A DNA stretch of 64,000 bases from an uncultured cyanobacterium (GTDB lineage: Bacteria > Cyanobacteriota > Cyanobacteriia > Cyanobacteriales > CAWCAG01): the NCBI GenBank assembly GCA_963803805.1, contig CAWDOD010000004.1, positions 464,839-528,838 of the forward strand. The letters run 5' to 3'. Below, piece after piece: positions 39,215 through 51,886 of the stretch (position 1 is the first letter of the stretch; the number at the start of each line of letters is the position of its first letter). Both the position numbers and the translations under genes were made by a program. The notes beneath the pieces are model-generated. The model was not told the DNA's origin, did not search any database, and worked only from the letters and a program-made list of their open reading frames with translations.

Positions 39215-40564
39215 TCAACCTACTGCTGAACAAATATGTTGTAATGTGCTAACAAAGTTAGGATAGGAAATTGCAGCAGCTTCTGCACCATTAATGGTGG
39301 TTTTTCCTTGAGCATTAAGGGCGGCGATCGCTAAACTCATGGTAATGCGATGATCCTTGTGAGCGCTTACTTCTGTCCCTTTTAAAGGAGTACCGCCAGT
39401 AATTTCTAAACCATCTTTCAATTCTGTAATATTCGCCCCCAAGCGATTCAACTGCGTCGCCATAACAGCTAAGCGATCGCTTTCTTTTACCCTTAATTCT
39501 GCGGCATCTTTAATAATCGTTTTCCCTTGAGCAAAAACTGCGGCGACCGCTAGTATGGGAATCTCATCAATAAGGCGGGGTATAATATCCCCGGCGATGG
39601 TACAGCCTTTTAAGCTGCTATGACATACCACAATATCAGCGACGGGTTCCCCTGTCACCTCCCGTTGATTTTGAAGTTCAATATTAGCTTCCATTTTCTG
39701 CAACACTTCCAAAACCCCGGTACGAGTAGGATTAACTCCAACATTTTTCAGTAATAATTCTGAACCTGGAACAATTGCCCCCGCTACTAACCAAAAGGCT
39801 GCTGAACTAATATCTCCAGGTACAATAACTTTTTGTCCTCGCAGTTGACTAGGGCCGATAATTGCAGCACTATTTGTTGCTAGATCAACTTCTACATTGG
39901 CCCCAAAAGCCCGTAACATCCTCTCGCTATGGTCACGGGATAAGGCGGGTTCAGTGACAATTGTTTCGCCTTCTGTAAGTAAACCCGCTAGTAAGATACA
40001 GGATTTCACTTGGGCTGAAGCAATGGGAGAATAGTAATGAATGGGTTTAAGTTGCTTTCCCTTGATTGCTAAAGGAGCTAAGGAATTACCCTTACGTCCC
40101 CAAATTTCTGCCCCCATTTGTTGCAAAGGTTTGACTACACGAGACATAGGGCGTGAACACAAAGAACTATCCCCTGTTACCGTAAAAAACTTTTGTGGAA
40201 CCGAAGCGAGGATACCTAACATTAAACGCAAAGTTGTCCCAGAGTTACCAGCATTTAAAACATCTTCTGGTTCTTTCAAGTTACCATTACCTAATCCTTT
40301 CACCTTAACTTCGGTACTATTTAAAGGAGAAATTTCTGCCCCCATAGCCCGGAAACAGTTGGCTGTACTACGAGGATCTTCCCCTAACAGTAACCCTTGA
40401 ATGCAAGTTTCTCCTTCTGCTAAAGCACCCAAGATTAAGGCGCGATGGGAGATAGATTTATCTCCAGGAATGTCAATTTCCCCTTGCAAGGTAACTCCAG
40501 AAGACGGTTTAGTAATAGTTAAATCTTGATGTTGATGATTAGAAGTTAAGGTAACGATGGACAT
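39215..40564 (-). CDS. aroA: 3-phosphoshikimate 1-carboxyvinyltransferase (EPSP synthase)
   Basis: [36 protein letters not shown]. Confidence 0.97.
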   Translation of the reverse strand: MSIVTLTSNHQHQDLTITKPSSGVTLQGEIDIPGDKSISHRALILGALAEGETCIQGLLLGEDPRSTANCFRAMGAEISPLNSTEVKVKGLGNGNLKEPEDVLNAGNSGTTLRLMLGILASVPQKFFTVTGDSSLCSRPMSRVVKPLQQMGAEIWGRKGNSLAPLAIKGKQLKPIHYYSPIASAQVKSCILLAGLLTEGETIVTEPALSRDHSERMLRAFGANVEVDLATNSAAIIGPSQLRGQKVIVPGDISSAAFWLVAGAIVPGSELLLKNVGVNPTRTGVLEVLQKMEANIELQNQREVTGEPVADIVVCHSSLKGCTIAGDIIPRLIDEIPILAVAAVFAQGKTIIKDAAELRVKESDRLAVMATQLNRLGANITELKDGLEITGGTPLKGTEVSAHKDHRITMSLAIAALNAQGKTTINGAEAAAISYPNFVSTLQHICSAVG

Positions 40565-41017
40565 AAATATTGCAGGGTAAGGGGTAAGGGAGAAAGGGCA
40601 GTCCTTGACTGTCAAAACTATCCATCAACTTAATAAATAGCTGTGGTGCTGTCTTGTCAAACTCGTTGAGATTTTATGTATATTAGCGTACATAAATCAA
40701 GAAAGTTGTGCCGAAAAGACTAAAGAAATTTTCTTAAATAGCCTCAAAGAAGAAATCTTTTTCAAGCATCCGAATCTTCGGTAAGTAACATTTATTTATC
40801 GCCATAAGCTTATTTTTCAGCTTCTGATATTGATATTGGCTGCTAAAGGTTCTTATAGCTAGCTAGCAACCTATAGCTCAATTTTAATGCTCTTCAGTGA
40901 GTATTAACTAAACCAATTTTGAAGTAAGATTAAGCAGCTAAAAGTTAAATGAATCAGTATTTAATTAAGGGTTTTTATCAAGGAGATATAGCATTAACCT
41001 AAGAAATAAAATTTATA

Positions 41018-41419
41018 GTGGCGGAATTATCTATGGATAAACTTCAAGAGCAACTCGTTGATATGGACCGGAAAGTTGAGAAGCTTTACCAAACAGTTGA
41101 GCGCTTAGGAACCCATATCACGGCTGTGTTGTTGGAACAGCAACAGGATAATGAATCAGTCAAACAACAACTAGCAGATATTTCTCAGACACGGGAATAC
41201 GTCAAGACAGTTTCTAGTAATCTTGATTCTGTTATGGAGCATAAAGATGTGTTGATTGATGGTAGAGACTGGGGCAGTAATAGCGATAATAGCGGTGAAA
41301 AGCAGCTATCTTGCGATATTCAACTACAGCGTGTAACCGCTCAATTAACAGCAGCTTATAATCGCATAGCGGCTTTGGAAGAACAACTCCTAGCAAGTAG
41401 AATCCGTTCTTCAAGATGA
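41018..41419 (+). CDS. Conserved cyanobacterial coiled-coil hypothetical protein
   Basis: HKDVL and IQLQRVTAQLTAAYNRIAALEEQLL motifs. Confidence 0.75.
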   Translation: MAELSMDKLQEQLVDMDRKVEKLYQTVERLGTHITAVLLEQQQDNESVKQQLADISQTREYVKTVSSNLDSVMEHKDVLIDGRDWGSNSDNSGEKQLSCDIQLQRVTAQLTAAYNRIAALEEQLLASRIRSSR

Positions 41420-42523
41420 GTAATTCTCTACCAAAGCTTCTATCGCTTCAAGGAGCTGAGTTATTGTCCGGCGAGCAGATAACCAAGCCGCGATCGCACA
41501 GCCCCCAGCTCCTACCCCTTCTTTGACATAACCGTTTTCATAGGATTGTAGTTGAGGAAATCGAGCATGAGTAAAATTAAGTTGAGTTGCTAGTAAAGTT
41601 ACTGTTCCTACTTCCTTGGCTAATCCCACTGTATCTCCGGTTAAGTCTTCTGCTACCCAACGAGTCGTGCCGACAACAATCTGCCCTAAATCTACTGCCA
41701 ATTTGTGGTAAGTGACGATTTCCTGAATTAGTCCATAAACAGCTAGCATTTGCGTACCGCCGGCTAATAAAACCCCTCTACTACGACTAGCGGCAATGGC
41801 CATTCCCGCTGTAACTATTTGCATAGGATCACCTACAGCCGCAACTAAATCTAAAGGATCTCTAGGGCCAAGGGTAGGAAAAAAACCTGCTTTTTCTAAA
41901 CCCTGAACCACAACTTCCCACTTTTGTTGATGATTACAGCAGGGATGGGAACTATTCACTTTTCCTGTTGCAGCGATACCTAACCCTGTAAGTAAAGCTA
42001 AGGCTGTGGTGGTTCCTCCAACCACACATTCGCTAATAATTAAATAACTTTCCGGGATTTGCTGAGCTAGCTTTTCTCCCCAATTTAAACCTGCAGCAAA
42101 TAATTGTTGTACTTTTGCTTTCGGTAATGCCTGACCAGAAGAAAGACAAGCCGCAGGTACACCTCCTAAATTAATGTTAGGAATAGTTGGGGGATGGGGC
42201 AAACCAGCATTAAAAACATAGACAGGAATCTGACAAGCTTCTATAACGGCGCGGGTAATAAATACCGGAGATACCCCCACAGTTAGAGGTGGTAGAGGGT
42301 AGCGAGGGAAAGGCTGTACCCCATTAATCAAAAATTCTGCATCGGCGATCGCTGTATATTTTCGATCTTCAGGAGTTGCTCCCGCCGCCGAGATCCCTGG
42401 TATCAATCCTGTGGCAGTAAAGCCCAAAATGCAAGCAAATAGAGGTTTCTTGTCCTGATAACGCCCCAACCACTCCTGGGCTTTGGAGTATTGAGTATAA
42501 ATTTTAAGTTGCTCATTAATCAT
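41411..42523 (-). CDS. cobT: Nicotinate-nucleotide--dimethylbenzimidazole phosphoribosyltransferase, cyanobacterial/archaeal CobT type
   Basis: IPGISAAG, ECVVGGTTTA, GDPMQ, AGGTQM, YVKEGVGAGG. Confidence 0.88.
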   Translation of the reverse strand: MINEQLKIYTQYSKAQEWLGRYQDKKPLFACILGFTATGLIPGISAAGATPEDRKYTAIADAEFLINGVQPFPRYPLPPLTVGVSPVFITRAVIEACQIPVYVFNAGLPHPPTIPNINLGGVPAACLSSGQALPKAKVQQLFAAGLNWGEKLAQQIPESYLIISECVVGGTTTALALLTGLGIAATGKVNSSHPCCNHQQKWEVVVQGLEKAGFFPTLGPRDPLDLVAAVGDPMQIVTAGMAIAASRSRGVLLAGGTQMLAVYGLIQEIVTYHKLAVDLGQIVVGTTRWVAEDLTGDTVGLAKEVGTVTLLATQLNFTHARFPQLQSYENGYVKEGVGAGGCAIAAWLSARRTITQLLEAIEALVENYSS

Positions 42524-43290
42524 TGCTCATAATCCAAAATTACCTGCACCCAACTAGGAGGACGAGGGATAGGATTGCCTAGTTTATCTAAAACTAATAA
42601 AGCGACCAAATGAACAACGAATAAATAAACAAGATTACTAAAAGTAATTGCTACTAAAGCAATTACTTGAATTAATAACATACTCGGCTGTGCCAGTAGC
42701 CCAAGTTGCAGGAATAACCAATCAGCTATTTCTGTGATTTGGGTCGTTACATATACCCAAAGGTCTTCTCCCAGGAAAATAGAAACTAGCCAGAAGCGGA
42801 AAAAGAAGCCAAAACTACCAAGTAGGGTTCCCAATAAAATGGAGGAAATCCAGCTTGCACCCCTACGCCACATATAGCCTAATTGCACTCCCATTAAGCC
42901 ATAGGGCATGATGAACAGAATGCTACGAGAAGGCCCCATTAGAACTGATAATAGTAGCCCAGAAACTAAAGCCGCCATCCAGGCAGCGCGGTTTCCACGA
43001 CGTAAGCAAACTAAGGCCACGGGAATAGGAAAGAAAATGCGTAAAACTGGCCCTAGAGGAAAATAATAGTTAATTAACCAAATTAGACTAGCGGTACTAG
43101 CTAAAAAAGCTGTCTCTACCATGGTAATGGGAGGACCCAAGCCAAGTACAGAAGAAGAAGATACTGATTGTGATGGGTTGGCTTTTTTGGTAGCTAGGGG
43201 AAATTCCTCAGCATCAACCCAATTTGTTTCATCGTCCCAAATTTCTTCTTGTTTCTGCCCAGAGCCATATTCCTTGTCCTCAGAATTCAT
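42520..43290 (-). CDS. DUF2232 family membrane protein
   Basis: MVETAFLAS..FFPIPVAL..LMGPSRS; multiple TM helices. Confidence 0.85.
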   Translation of the reverse strand: MNSEDKEYGSGQKQEEIWDDETNWVDAEEFPLATKKANPSQSVSSSSVLGLGPPITMVETAFLASTASLIWLINYYFPLGPVLRIFFPIPVALVCLRRGNRAAWMAALVSGLLLSVLMGPSRSILFIMPYGLMGVQLGYMWRRGASWISSILLGTLLGSFGFFFRFWLVSIFLGEDLWVYVTTQITEIADWLFLQLGLLAQPSMLLIQVIALVAITFSNLVYLFVVHLVALLVLDKLGNPIPRPPSWVQVILDYEQ

Positions 43291-43361
43291 ACCTTAAGTC
43301 CGTTTAACAGTGTCGCCCCTCGGAAAATATAGCAAATCAAGCTCCTCCCATTGCTATAATT

Positions 43362-44069
43362 CTAAGCAATTATCCTCTCTAAAGCTTGCATATCAGGAAT
43401 ACGAAGAACATTACTCTCACGGGCAATTAAATTCCTTTTCTCTAGTTTAGTTAATACACGAGTAACAGTCTCTCTAGCTAAGCCACTGAGACTACTAAGT
43501 TCTCGGTGAGGTAGATTAGGGATTTCTGTACCAAGTTCTCCTTTTCTGCCTTGTCCCTCGGCTAAAAATAAAATCGTATCGGCTACGCGGGATAAACTAT
43601 CTGCCTCTCGTAGCCTTAAGCGGCGATTTACTTGGCGTAGTCGCTTGGCCATAAGTTGGGCTAAGCGTAAGCCAGCTAGAGGTTCACTGCGGATTAGTTC
43701 AGTAAAATCTTGGGCAGGTACACTACTAATCTTGGTAGGGGTCAAGGTAATTACATCAGTAGAACGAGGTACTTCATCCATGGCTGCCATTTCCCCAAAA
43801 ACTTCTCCTTTACCAAGGATATTTAAGGTAACTTCTTTACCATCTAAATTGTAAGTACGAATTTTGACCCAACCTTCGAGAATAAAATAAACAAATCCTC
43901 CCCAATCGTTTTCTAATAAAATGACCTGGTTAGAAGGGTGGCTGCGAGTGACCACATGACAGGTCGCTTTTTCAACACTCGCTTCAGGTAAGCCAGAAAA
44001 GACAGGCGCTGAGCCTACTAGCTTACTAATATCTGAATCTGAGTCGCGGGAGCTGTATCGGTCTTCCAT
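43362..44069 (-). CDS. crp: Crp/Fnr family regulator (cAMP receptor protein, SyCRP1-like)
   Basis: GEVFGEM..PRS cNMP pocket; HTH SGLARETVTRVL. Confidence 0.88.
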   Translation of the reverse strand: MEDRYSSRDSDSDISKLVGSAPVFSGLPEASVEKATCHVVTRSHPSNQVILLENDWGGFVYFILEGWVKIRTYNLDGKEVTLNILGKGEVFGEMAAMDEVPRSTDVITLTPTKISSVPAQDFTELIRSEPLAGLRLAQLMAKRLRQVNRRLRLREADSLSRVADTILFLAEGQGRKGELGTEIPNLPHRELSSLSGLARETVTRVLTKLEKRNLIARESNVLRIPDMQALERIIA

Positions 44070-44508
44070 TAGCCCAAAGCAAATTTTAACAATCCTACGG
44101 CAGATTTACCGCAGAAATTTTTTCTGACAGAGATGATTTCTTTGCTTTGTACAAAGCATAGATAGTTTAACCCACGGTAGTCTTTGGTAGATAACTATTT
44201 TCTTCTCTATGATGGTTTTTCTGTGCAAACTAGGTATATAGCAACAAGATAAATTTGTATATAGCGACACTTATCCTGACTGAGGTTTAAGTTCCTTGTC
44301 AAGAGTAGTAGCACTTGTTTAAATTAGGAAGCATTTTAGCTAGTCTGGAATAAGTCTATCATTGGTTTAACAGCTTAATATAGATTACTCCGGTCTAATT
44401 GCAATAAAACGGTTCAATCGTTTTATCTATTGCAAGAAGGTAAAATTGCCTATCGCCTTACTGCCAAACAGTACATTTGTAACTTTCAATCGCCAAGGGT
44501 TCCTAACT

Positions 44509-46431
44509 GTGACTTCTCACAAAGATATTCAATCTCTGATTGCCGATTTAGATAACCTTCTTCTTAATTCTGATACCAATCAACAGGAAGTTTTAGAAGA
44601 GGTACGCAGCTATTTAGTAACCTTACCCCAAGAAAATGAGGGGAATCTCACTGCTGCAGAACAAAGAACTGCTGAGGCGATTACAAAAGCTGTTTTGGCA
44701 GAGATGGCAGATTTTCGTGCTGATATGACTGGTTCTGTACAGATGGAGTTGGATGTACTACGCCAGCAAAGAGAGGCGATGCAAAAAGATATTAAGAGGT
44801 TGGAGGTACAACAGCAACAGATGATGGCTGAGTTTTTACAGAAGTTGGCGAGTAGCTGTGTAGAAACTTTGACGCGAGAAATAACTAATACTTTAGAGAA
44901 GTTAGAAATTCAATTTTTGAGTGATAATTCTCCAGATAGTCCTGCGGCTTTTCAACAAAGGTTACGCTTGGAACAGTTACAGCAGTTTCAGAGGCGTTCA
45001 GATCGGTTGTTGGTGAATTTGGATACTACCCTGCAAACAGTTTTTCAGACCCTAGAAAGGGATTTATATTCCTACCAAGAATCTTTATCCCAAAGTGTAG
45101 AAAATATTCATAGTCTGGGGCAGCAAGGGGAGACTATGTTCGCCTTTTTGATTAATCGTCTGCTTCAGCAGTTAGGGGAACCAGATGCTGTTGATAAGAT
45201 GCCCAAAGAATCTACCGATGTGGATGCTTTACCACCCACACAAGAAGATGTAGAAGAACCGAGCTATGTAGAAAACACTACCCCTAGTTTGCCTGACAGT
45301 ACAAAATTATTCCCTTTTGCTGGAACTGAAATCTCATCACTAGAGGAGGTTTGGACAGAAGAAGAAACCCAAAAGCGGCCAAATCAATCTTCAGAAATAG
45401 ATAATTTACTCTACCTAGATTTGAGTAGAGAAAAAGTAGCTTTGCCTAATGTCTATGGTGATGCTGAAAATGCCTCAGAACCCTTGGAGGAAGTGGATAA
45501 AGGGGATGAAGAGGAAAATAGTTATATTGAGGCGATGGAGGATGTTTTATTTGATTCTTCAGAAGATTTGGAGGCTAATCAGTTTGCTGAGATTGATTCT
45601 ACTGTTGAGTCCAATTCTCCTAAGGAGGTTTTGTTTGGAGCCAAAGTTACTGAAGAAGAGGATGGAATAAAACAAGTTGAAACTATTACTGCTTTAACAG
45701 ATGTGTTAGAACGCGCTTCTATTGATATAGAGGAAGGTAAGGGTGTAGGAGAAGGAGATGTTGCAGGGCAATTAAATTCGGGTGTTGAGGGTTTTATTCC
45801 TGCTTCTTCTGGCGAAAATCTGTTACCGACAGAGGATAAGGCTGAAGAACCTGATTTACCTAGTATTATAGACACCAGCACCCTCGAAAAGTTAAACGAA
45901 GATTTAGAACTTTTTGAAGAAGGGAGGAAACAGGAGGATGAAGGGCCTGATACCGAAATACAATTAGCTGATGGCAAAACTATTACAGCAGAGGAAGAAT
46001 CTGAACCGGATACGGAAATACAGTTGGTTGAGGTTCAAGAAGCAACTTCAAATTTGGCTTTAATAGAAACTGAGGAACCGGATACGGAAATTCAATTGGT
46101 AGCTCCTCCAACTGATGCAGAGTTATTAGAGCCTGAAACCGAAGAACTAGAAAATCTTGAGGAATATTCAACTTCTGTAGATGAAGTTGTTAGCAGTGGT
46201 TCCAAGTCAGATGAAGAGGTTTTGACACCGCCAGAAGAATTATTGGGAGAGAATTTAGAAAACTTGTTAATTGAGAGTTTCGCCAATGAACAAGAATTAT
46301 CATCCCAATTGCAGATGGACAAAATTACTGGATTTTCCCAAGAATTTTTCTGGGACGAATCAGAGGAAGAAGAAGAAAATAAGAGCGCAAGTCTTGCTCC
46401 CGAAGATAGTGAAGGTCAAGAAAATATATAG
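44509..46431 (+). CDS. Hypothetical protein with N-terminal coiled coil and long acidic tail (frame open from 44446)
   Basis: Coiled coil DIQSLIADLD..LERDLYSYQESLSQ; Glu-rich tail with PDTEIQL repeated three times. Confidence 0.75.
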   Translation: MTSHKDIQSLIADLDNLLLNSDTNQQEVLEEVRSYLVTLPQENEGNLTAAEQRTAEAITKAVLAEMADFRADMTGSVQMELDVLRQQREAMQKDIKRLEVQQQQMMAEFLQKLASSCVETLTREITNTLEKLEIQFLSDNSPDSPAAFQQRLRLEQLQQFQRRSDRLLVNLDTTLQTVFQTLERDLYSYQESLSQSVENIHSLGQQGETMFAFLINRLLQQLGEPDAVDKMPKESTDVDALPPTQEDVEEPSYVENTTPSLPDSTKLFPFAGTEISSLEEVWTEEETQKRPNQSSEIDNLLYLDLSREKVALPNVYGDAENASEPLEEVDKGDEEENSYIEAMEDVLFDSSEDLEANQFAEIDSTVESNSPKEVLFGAKVTEEEDGIKQVETITALTDVLERASIDIEEGKGVGEGDVAGQLNSGVEGFIPASSGENLLPTEDKAEEPDLPSIIDTSTLEKLNEDLELFEEGRKQEDEGPDTEIQLADGKTITAEEESEPDTEIQLVEVQEATSNLALIETEEPDTEIQLVAPPTDAELLEPETEELENLEEYSTSVDEVVSSGSKSDEEVLTPPEELLGENLENLLIESFANEQELSSQLQMDKITGFSQEFFWDESEEEEENKSASLAPEDSEGQENI

Positions 46432-46514
46432 TAGTTTTTAGTAGCATGAGGTACATTAGCTAATGGCTAGTGGCTAGTGGCTAGTGGCTAATTGCTAATA
46501 GTAGCAGTGGGTAC
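46427..46514. repeat. MITE-like element, family A, copy 3 (degenerate)
   Basis: TATAGTAGTT..GCATGAGGTAC followed by (GCTAGTG)n. Confidence 0.55.
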
Positions 46515-46566
46515 AAGTGAACATTACCTATTCCTATTACCTCTTACTTTCCTCCTCCCTGCTCCA

Positions 46567-48312
46567 ATGAAACAACCGACACCCAACAAAAAGCTTTGGT
46601 ATCTGGGCATAGATTTTGGTACTACTGGCATTACTGCAATGTTGTTAAACTCTATATCTGGTAAGCAGTACCCAATTTATTGGTCTTTTTTGAATAAGCA
46701 AGGATCTTGGGAATCTAGTTTTCGCTTACCCGTAGTGGCTTATTATGGGCCGGAGGTGAAGGAGAAAGACAAGCATAAGGAAGAAGATGGTGCTTTTTCC
46801 CCTTTTGTTGTAGGTACTGCAGCTTATAACTTTCAGCACCAAGCAGGTGTTTTTTTAGAGAATTTCAAAGCTTTTTTAAATCTAGCAGTTCCTTATTATC
46901 AACCTGAAGGTAGTCAATGGGAACCGAAGTTGCGAGGATTTGGTTCGAGGTTAGTTTCTTTGCATTTGGTGCAAATAGCCCTACAGACTTTATTACAAAC
47001 CTTAGTTGCTAGTTCCGAAAAAGAGGAAGAACTAGCACAATCTTCTTTTGTTTTAGGGGCAGTGGGTTGCACAGAAGATACTCTCAAAGAGGCTTTAAGA
47101 GACTTAGAAGGTGTGATTGTTAGTTGTCCGGGGGGATGGGGAGATACCTACAGTTTTAACCTGCGAGAAGCTATTTTAAAGGCAAATTTGGTTAAAAGAC
47201 CGGAGCAAATTTTCTTTTTGGAAGAGGCGATCGCTGTTTTACTTGCCAATCTTCATCTAGAAGAAGAGGAAGAAGCCCCTCAAGGTGCGACATTAGTGAT
47301 TCAAGCTGGGGCAACTACTACAGAATTACTTTTAGGTAATATACCGGAAGAGTTAACGGATTTAACACGACAAAGTTTAGCTATTCATAGTTTGAGTTTT
47401 GGGGGCGATAGCTTAGATCAAGATATTTTTTGTCAGTTACTTTATCCCTATTGGTCACAGCAGCAACCTACATTTAAACTAGAAACAGAATCTTTTCCCA
47501 TTGTTGCCCAAGTAGAGGCAGAAAAGCGCGATCGCTTAGGTTTAACCCTAAAGAGTTCTACAGTTGGTCAATCTCTTTTAGAAGCAGCTAAGCTAGCTAA
47601 GTTTATACTTCAATATCGTCCTGAATTAACCTCCCCCATTGGTGATTTACGCTGGCATCTGAAAAAGGAAGATTTAGAAGCGAAGGTGATTCAACCCTAT
47701 GTTCAGCAGATTAATAAATATTTGAATCAATTACTTAGTACTACAGGTATTTCTGATCAATTAGTAGAAAAAGTAATTTGTAGCGGTGGCACAACGGTGA
47801 CGATTTGGCCTGTTTTAGAACAGTGGTTAAAGCAAAAGTTACCTAATGCCAAAATAGTTAAAGATACAGGAGAAAATAGCTTGACCAGGGTCGCTTCTGG
47901 TTTAACTTATTTAGTGGATTTTCCTCAGTTAGTAAAACGGTTACAACATCAGTATAGTGATTACTTTCTACTGCAAGAATTACTAAGGGTCTTTCCACAA
48001 AAACCTATATCTTTAGCCTCGCTTTTAAATTCTCTAGAACGTCGCGGTATCAACACAGATGCTTGTGAGCAACGTTTACTTAGTTTAATGAAGGGGCAAT
48101 TACCTATTGGTTTGTTACCTTTAACTTCTGAATATAGCTGGCTTTCCTTACCTCCTAATTCAGAATTCAATCTAGAACCTCTTTTTGTAGTTCAAGAAGA
48201 TAATCTTTATGTTCCTAATCAAGAACAATGCTTAAAGTTAAAGGAACATTTGCAAGCAATTTTATTAGGAGCTGAGCAAAAATTAGAAGATCCTTTAAGC
48301 TTTAATTTATAG
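46567..48312 (+). CDS. Hsp70/actin-like ATPase-domain protein
   Basis: LGIDFGTT phosphate-1 motif, EEAIA, QAGATTT, GGDSLD, CSGGT. Confidence 0.75.
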   Translation: MKQPTPNKKLWYLGIDFGTTGITAMLLNSISGKQYPIYWSFLNKQGSWESSFRLPVVAYYGPEVKEKDKHKEEDGAFSPFVVGTAAYNFQHQAGVFLENFKAFLNLAVPYYQPEGSQWEPKLRGFGSRLVSLHLVQIALQTLLQTLVASSEKEEELAQSSFVLGAVGCTEDTLKEALRDLEGVIVSCPGGWGDTYSFNLREAILKANLVKRPEQIFFLEEAIAVLLANLHLEEEEEAPQGATLVIQAGATTTELLLGNIPEELTDLTRQSLAIHSLSFGGDSLDQDIFCQLLYPYWSQQQPTFKLETESFPIVAQVEAEKRDRLGLTLKSSTVGQSLLEAAKLAKFILQYRPELTSPIGDLRWHLKKEDLEAKVIQPYVQQINKYLNQLLSTTGISDQLVEKVICSGGTTVTIWPVLEQWLKQKLPNAKIVKDTGENSLTRVASGLTYLVDFPQLVKRLQHQYSDYFLLQELLRVFPQKPISLASLLNSLERRGINTDACEQRLLSLMKGQLPIGLLPLTSEYSWLSLPPNSEFNLEPLFVVQEDNLYVPNQEQCLKLKEHLQAILLGAEQKLEDPLSFNL

Positions 48313-48379
48313 CAGTTTGCTTATAGCCAATTGTTACAGGTTAATATTTGACTGATAAATTTTTAATAATAAATGATAA

Positions 48380-48919
48380 ATGAATTTACCTACTTGGATC
48401 ACCTTTTCTCGTTTACTTGGCTTACCTTTTATATTATATCTTCTCCATAACCCGACAAATCAAAGTAGATGGATTTGTTTGGCTATTTTCTTAATCGCGG
48501 CGGGTACAGATTGGGTAGATGGCTACTTAGCAAGAAAACTAAATCAAGTTACTGATTTAGGCAAGTTTCTTGACCCCTTAGTAGATAAATTATTAGTGCT
48601 AGGTTCTTTTTTGGCACTTATTGAACTGGGTTTAATTCCTGCTTGGGGAGTTTGTTTGATCTTAGGAAGGGAACTTGCTATTGCTGGGTGGCGAGTTAAT
48701 CCGAGTTTAACTAGTTCTATTCAAGGAGCTAACATTTGGGGTAAGTTAAAAACTGTAAGCCAAATAGCGGCGATCGCTCTTTTAATTGCCCCTTTACCAC
48801 TTACTTGGAAAACAGCTTCCTTAGTGGTTTTTTGGTTATCTGTAGCTTTGACTTTAATTTCTGGAGTGATTTATGTTTATCCTCAACTTGTAGATAATCA
48901 GATTTCTTCAGTGGAGTGA
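48380..48919 (+). CDS. pgsA: CDP-diacylglycerol--glycerol-3-phosphate 3-phosphatidyltransferase
   Basis: TDWVDGYLARKLNQVTDLGKFLDPLVDK. Confidence 0.96.
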   Translation: MNLPTWITFSRLLGLPFILYLLHNPTNQSRWICLAIFLIAAGTDWVDGYLARKLNQVTDLGKFLDPLVDKLLVLGSFLALIELGLIPAWGVCLILGRELAIAGWRVNPSLTSSIQGANIWGKLKTVSQIAAIALLIAPLPLTWKTASLVVFWLSVALTLISGVIYVYPQLVDNQISSVE

Positions 48920-49232
48920 TAAAAATAGAAATAGTTTCGGCTAAGGCAGATGCAGAGAAATTAACCAGATTGATCCCCAACGCCTTCTGTATTCTTCGCT
49001 GCTAATCTCCATCTCTTCTAGGGTTTGAGGCTTTTGCTATCGTAGCAACAGATGTTAGCTAGATTTTTAGCTTTAAGATGATGGCTATAATTACACCGGA
49101 CAAACGACCTATGGGTTAATTTAATTTGAGAAGGTTCAAATCAGTCTTATTTCTTGCCTTAGAACAAAATTGCTATATAATTAGAGACTGGATAAATGTG
49201 AGGGTAGCTTAATAACTCCGTTGGAGGTTTAC

Positions 49233-49535
49233 TTGGAGTCAAGGTTTATTTTAAAAGTTCTTTGGTTAGACAAGAACGTAGCAATTGCTGTAGACCAAGT
49301 AGTAGGCAAAGGCAGCAGCCCTTTGACCGCTTACTACTTTTGGCCTAGGGATGATGCCTGGGAACAGTTAAAAGAACAGATGGAATCCAAACATTGGATT
49401 TCCGAAGAAGAACGCATTGATATACTTAATAACGCCACTGAGGTCATTAATTATTGGCAAGAAGAAGGTAAAAAAGTTTCAATGACAATGGCCCAAACTA
49501 AATTTCCAGAAGTGGTATTTAGCGGCAGCAATTAG
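49233..49535 (+). CDS. ycf65: 30S ribosomal protein PSRP-3 / Ycf65
   Basis: [44 protein letters not shown] before TTG 49233. Confidence 0.92.
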   Translation: MESRFILKVLWLDKNVAIAVDQVVGKGSSPLTAYYFWPRDDAWEQLKEQMESKHWISEEERIDILNNATEVINYWQEEGKKVSMTMAQTKFPEVVFSGSN

Positions 49536-49558
49536 ATTTTGCATCCATTTAAAAAAGG

Positions 49559-49596
49559 AATTGGGGCAGATTAATTTTTTTTAGTCTGTCCCAATT
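49559..49596. terminator. Bidirectional hairpin terminator between ycf65 and atpC
   Basis: AATTGGGGCAGATTA...TAGTCTGTCCCAATT flanked by A and T runs. Confidence 0.6.
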
Positions 49597-49623
49597 TTTA
49601 TAATATACAAATTTATTTTTGAG

Positions 49624-50034
49624 TTAAATCATACCACCTGCGGCCTGGAATCTTGCCCTAGCCCGTTTCAAAGCCTGTGTTGCCTTGATTTGTTCTTGGC
49701 GATCTTCCCCTTGACTTAGCTGTTCAACCCTCTGTTGGGCCGCTTCAAAAGCACTGCGGGCTTCTTCTTTATCAATACTTTCTCCTGCTTCAGCGCCATT
49801 AACTAAAATAGTAACTTTATTCTCTTCCACCTCAGCAAAGCCCCCCATCAGAGCGATCGCACTCCAATCTTTATCGGGACGAACTCGCATTACCCCAATA
49901 TCTAAGGCCGTTAAAAGAGGAGCATGATTGCTTAATATACCTAGTTGACCTGTGGTACTAGGTAAAACCACTTCTTCTGCTTCAGCATCCCAGACAGTTT
50001 TGTCTGGAGAAACTACGCGCACTGTTAATGTCAT
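49624..50034 (-). CDS. atpC: ATP synthase F1 epsilon subunit
   Basis: [24 protein letters not shown]. Confidence 0.97.
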   Translation of the reverse strand: MTLTVRVVSPDKTVWDAEAEEVVLPSTTGQLGILSNHAPLLTALDIGVMRVRPDKDWSAIALMGGFAEVEENKVTILVNGAEAGESIDKEEARSAFEAAQQRVEQLSQGEDRQEQIKATQALKRARARFQAAGGMI

Positions 50035-50122
50035 TTTTGGTTCATTGATGATTGATTTTTGATTATGGGCAACCCCGTCATGACTTGATGAGTTGCCCCT
50101 ACTAACCTAGTAAGTCTCTAGC

Positions 50123-51589
<1,467 letters not shown>

Positions 51590-51886
51590 TTAGTTAGCTT
51601 GTGAGTAAGCTAGAGGAACTCTTAATTAATTGTGAAATTTGCCACCTTACAGATTAACATTAATAGGAATCTGAGGGAATGTTACGACGACTTGATAGTT
51701 CAAAATCCGTTTGAAAAGCTACAGGTTGGTTTTTGGTGAAGGGCAAGGGTTGATTTATCCGGATTTGATCTTAAATGAACTCTGGTCAAAAATAAACCTC
51801 AATCTAATTAAAGATCGAGGTTTTATTGGTAGAAGTTAACAACCTGCTCATAAACGATTGAGGAACGAGCTATTCCAGGGTGTATA

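Noticed and set aside
48940-49110. Possible transposase remnant or ncRNA between pgsA and ycf65
   Set aside because: Only a short EEYRRRWG-like stretch interrupted by stops, with no recognisable RNA structure.
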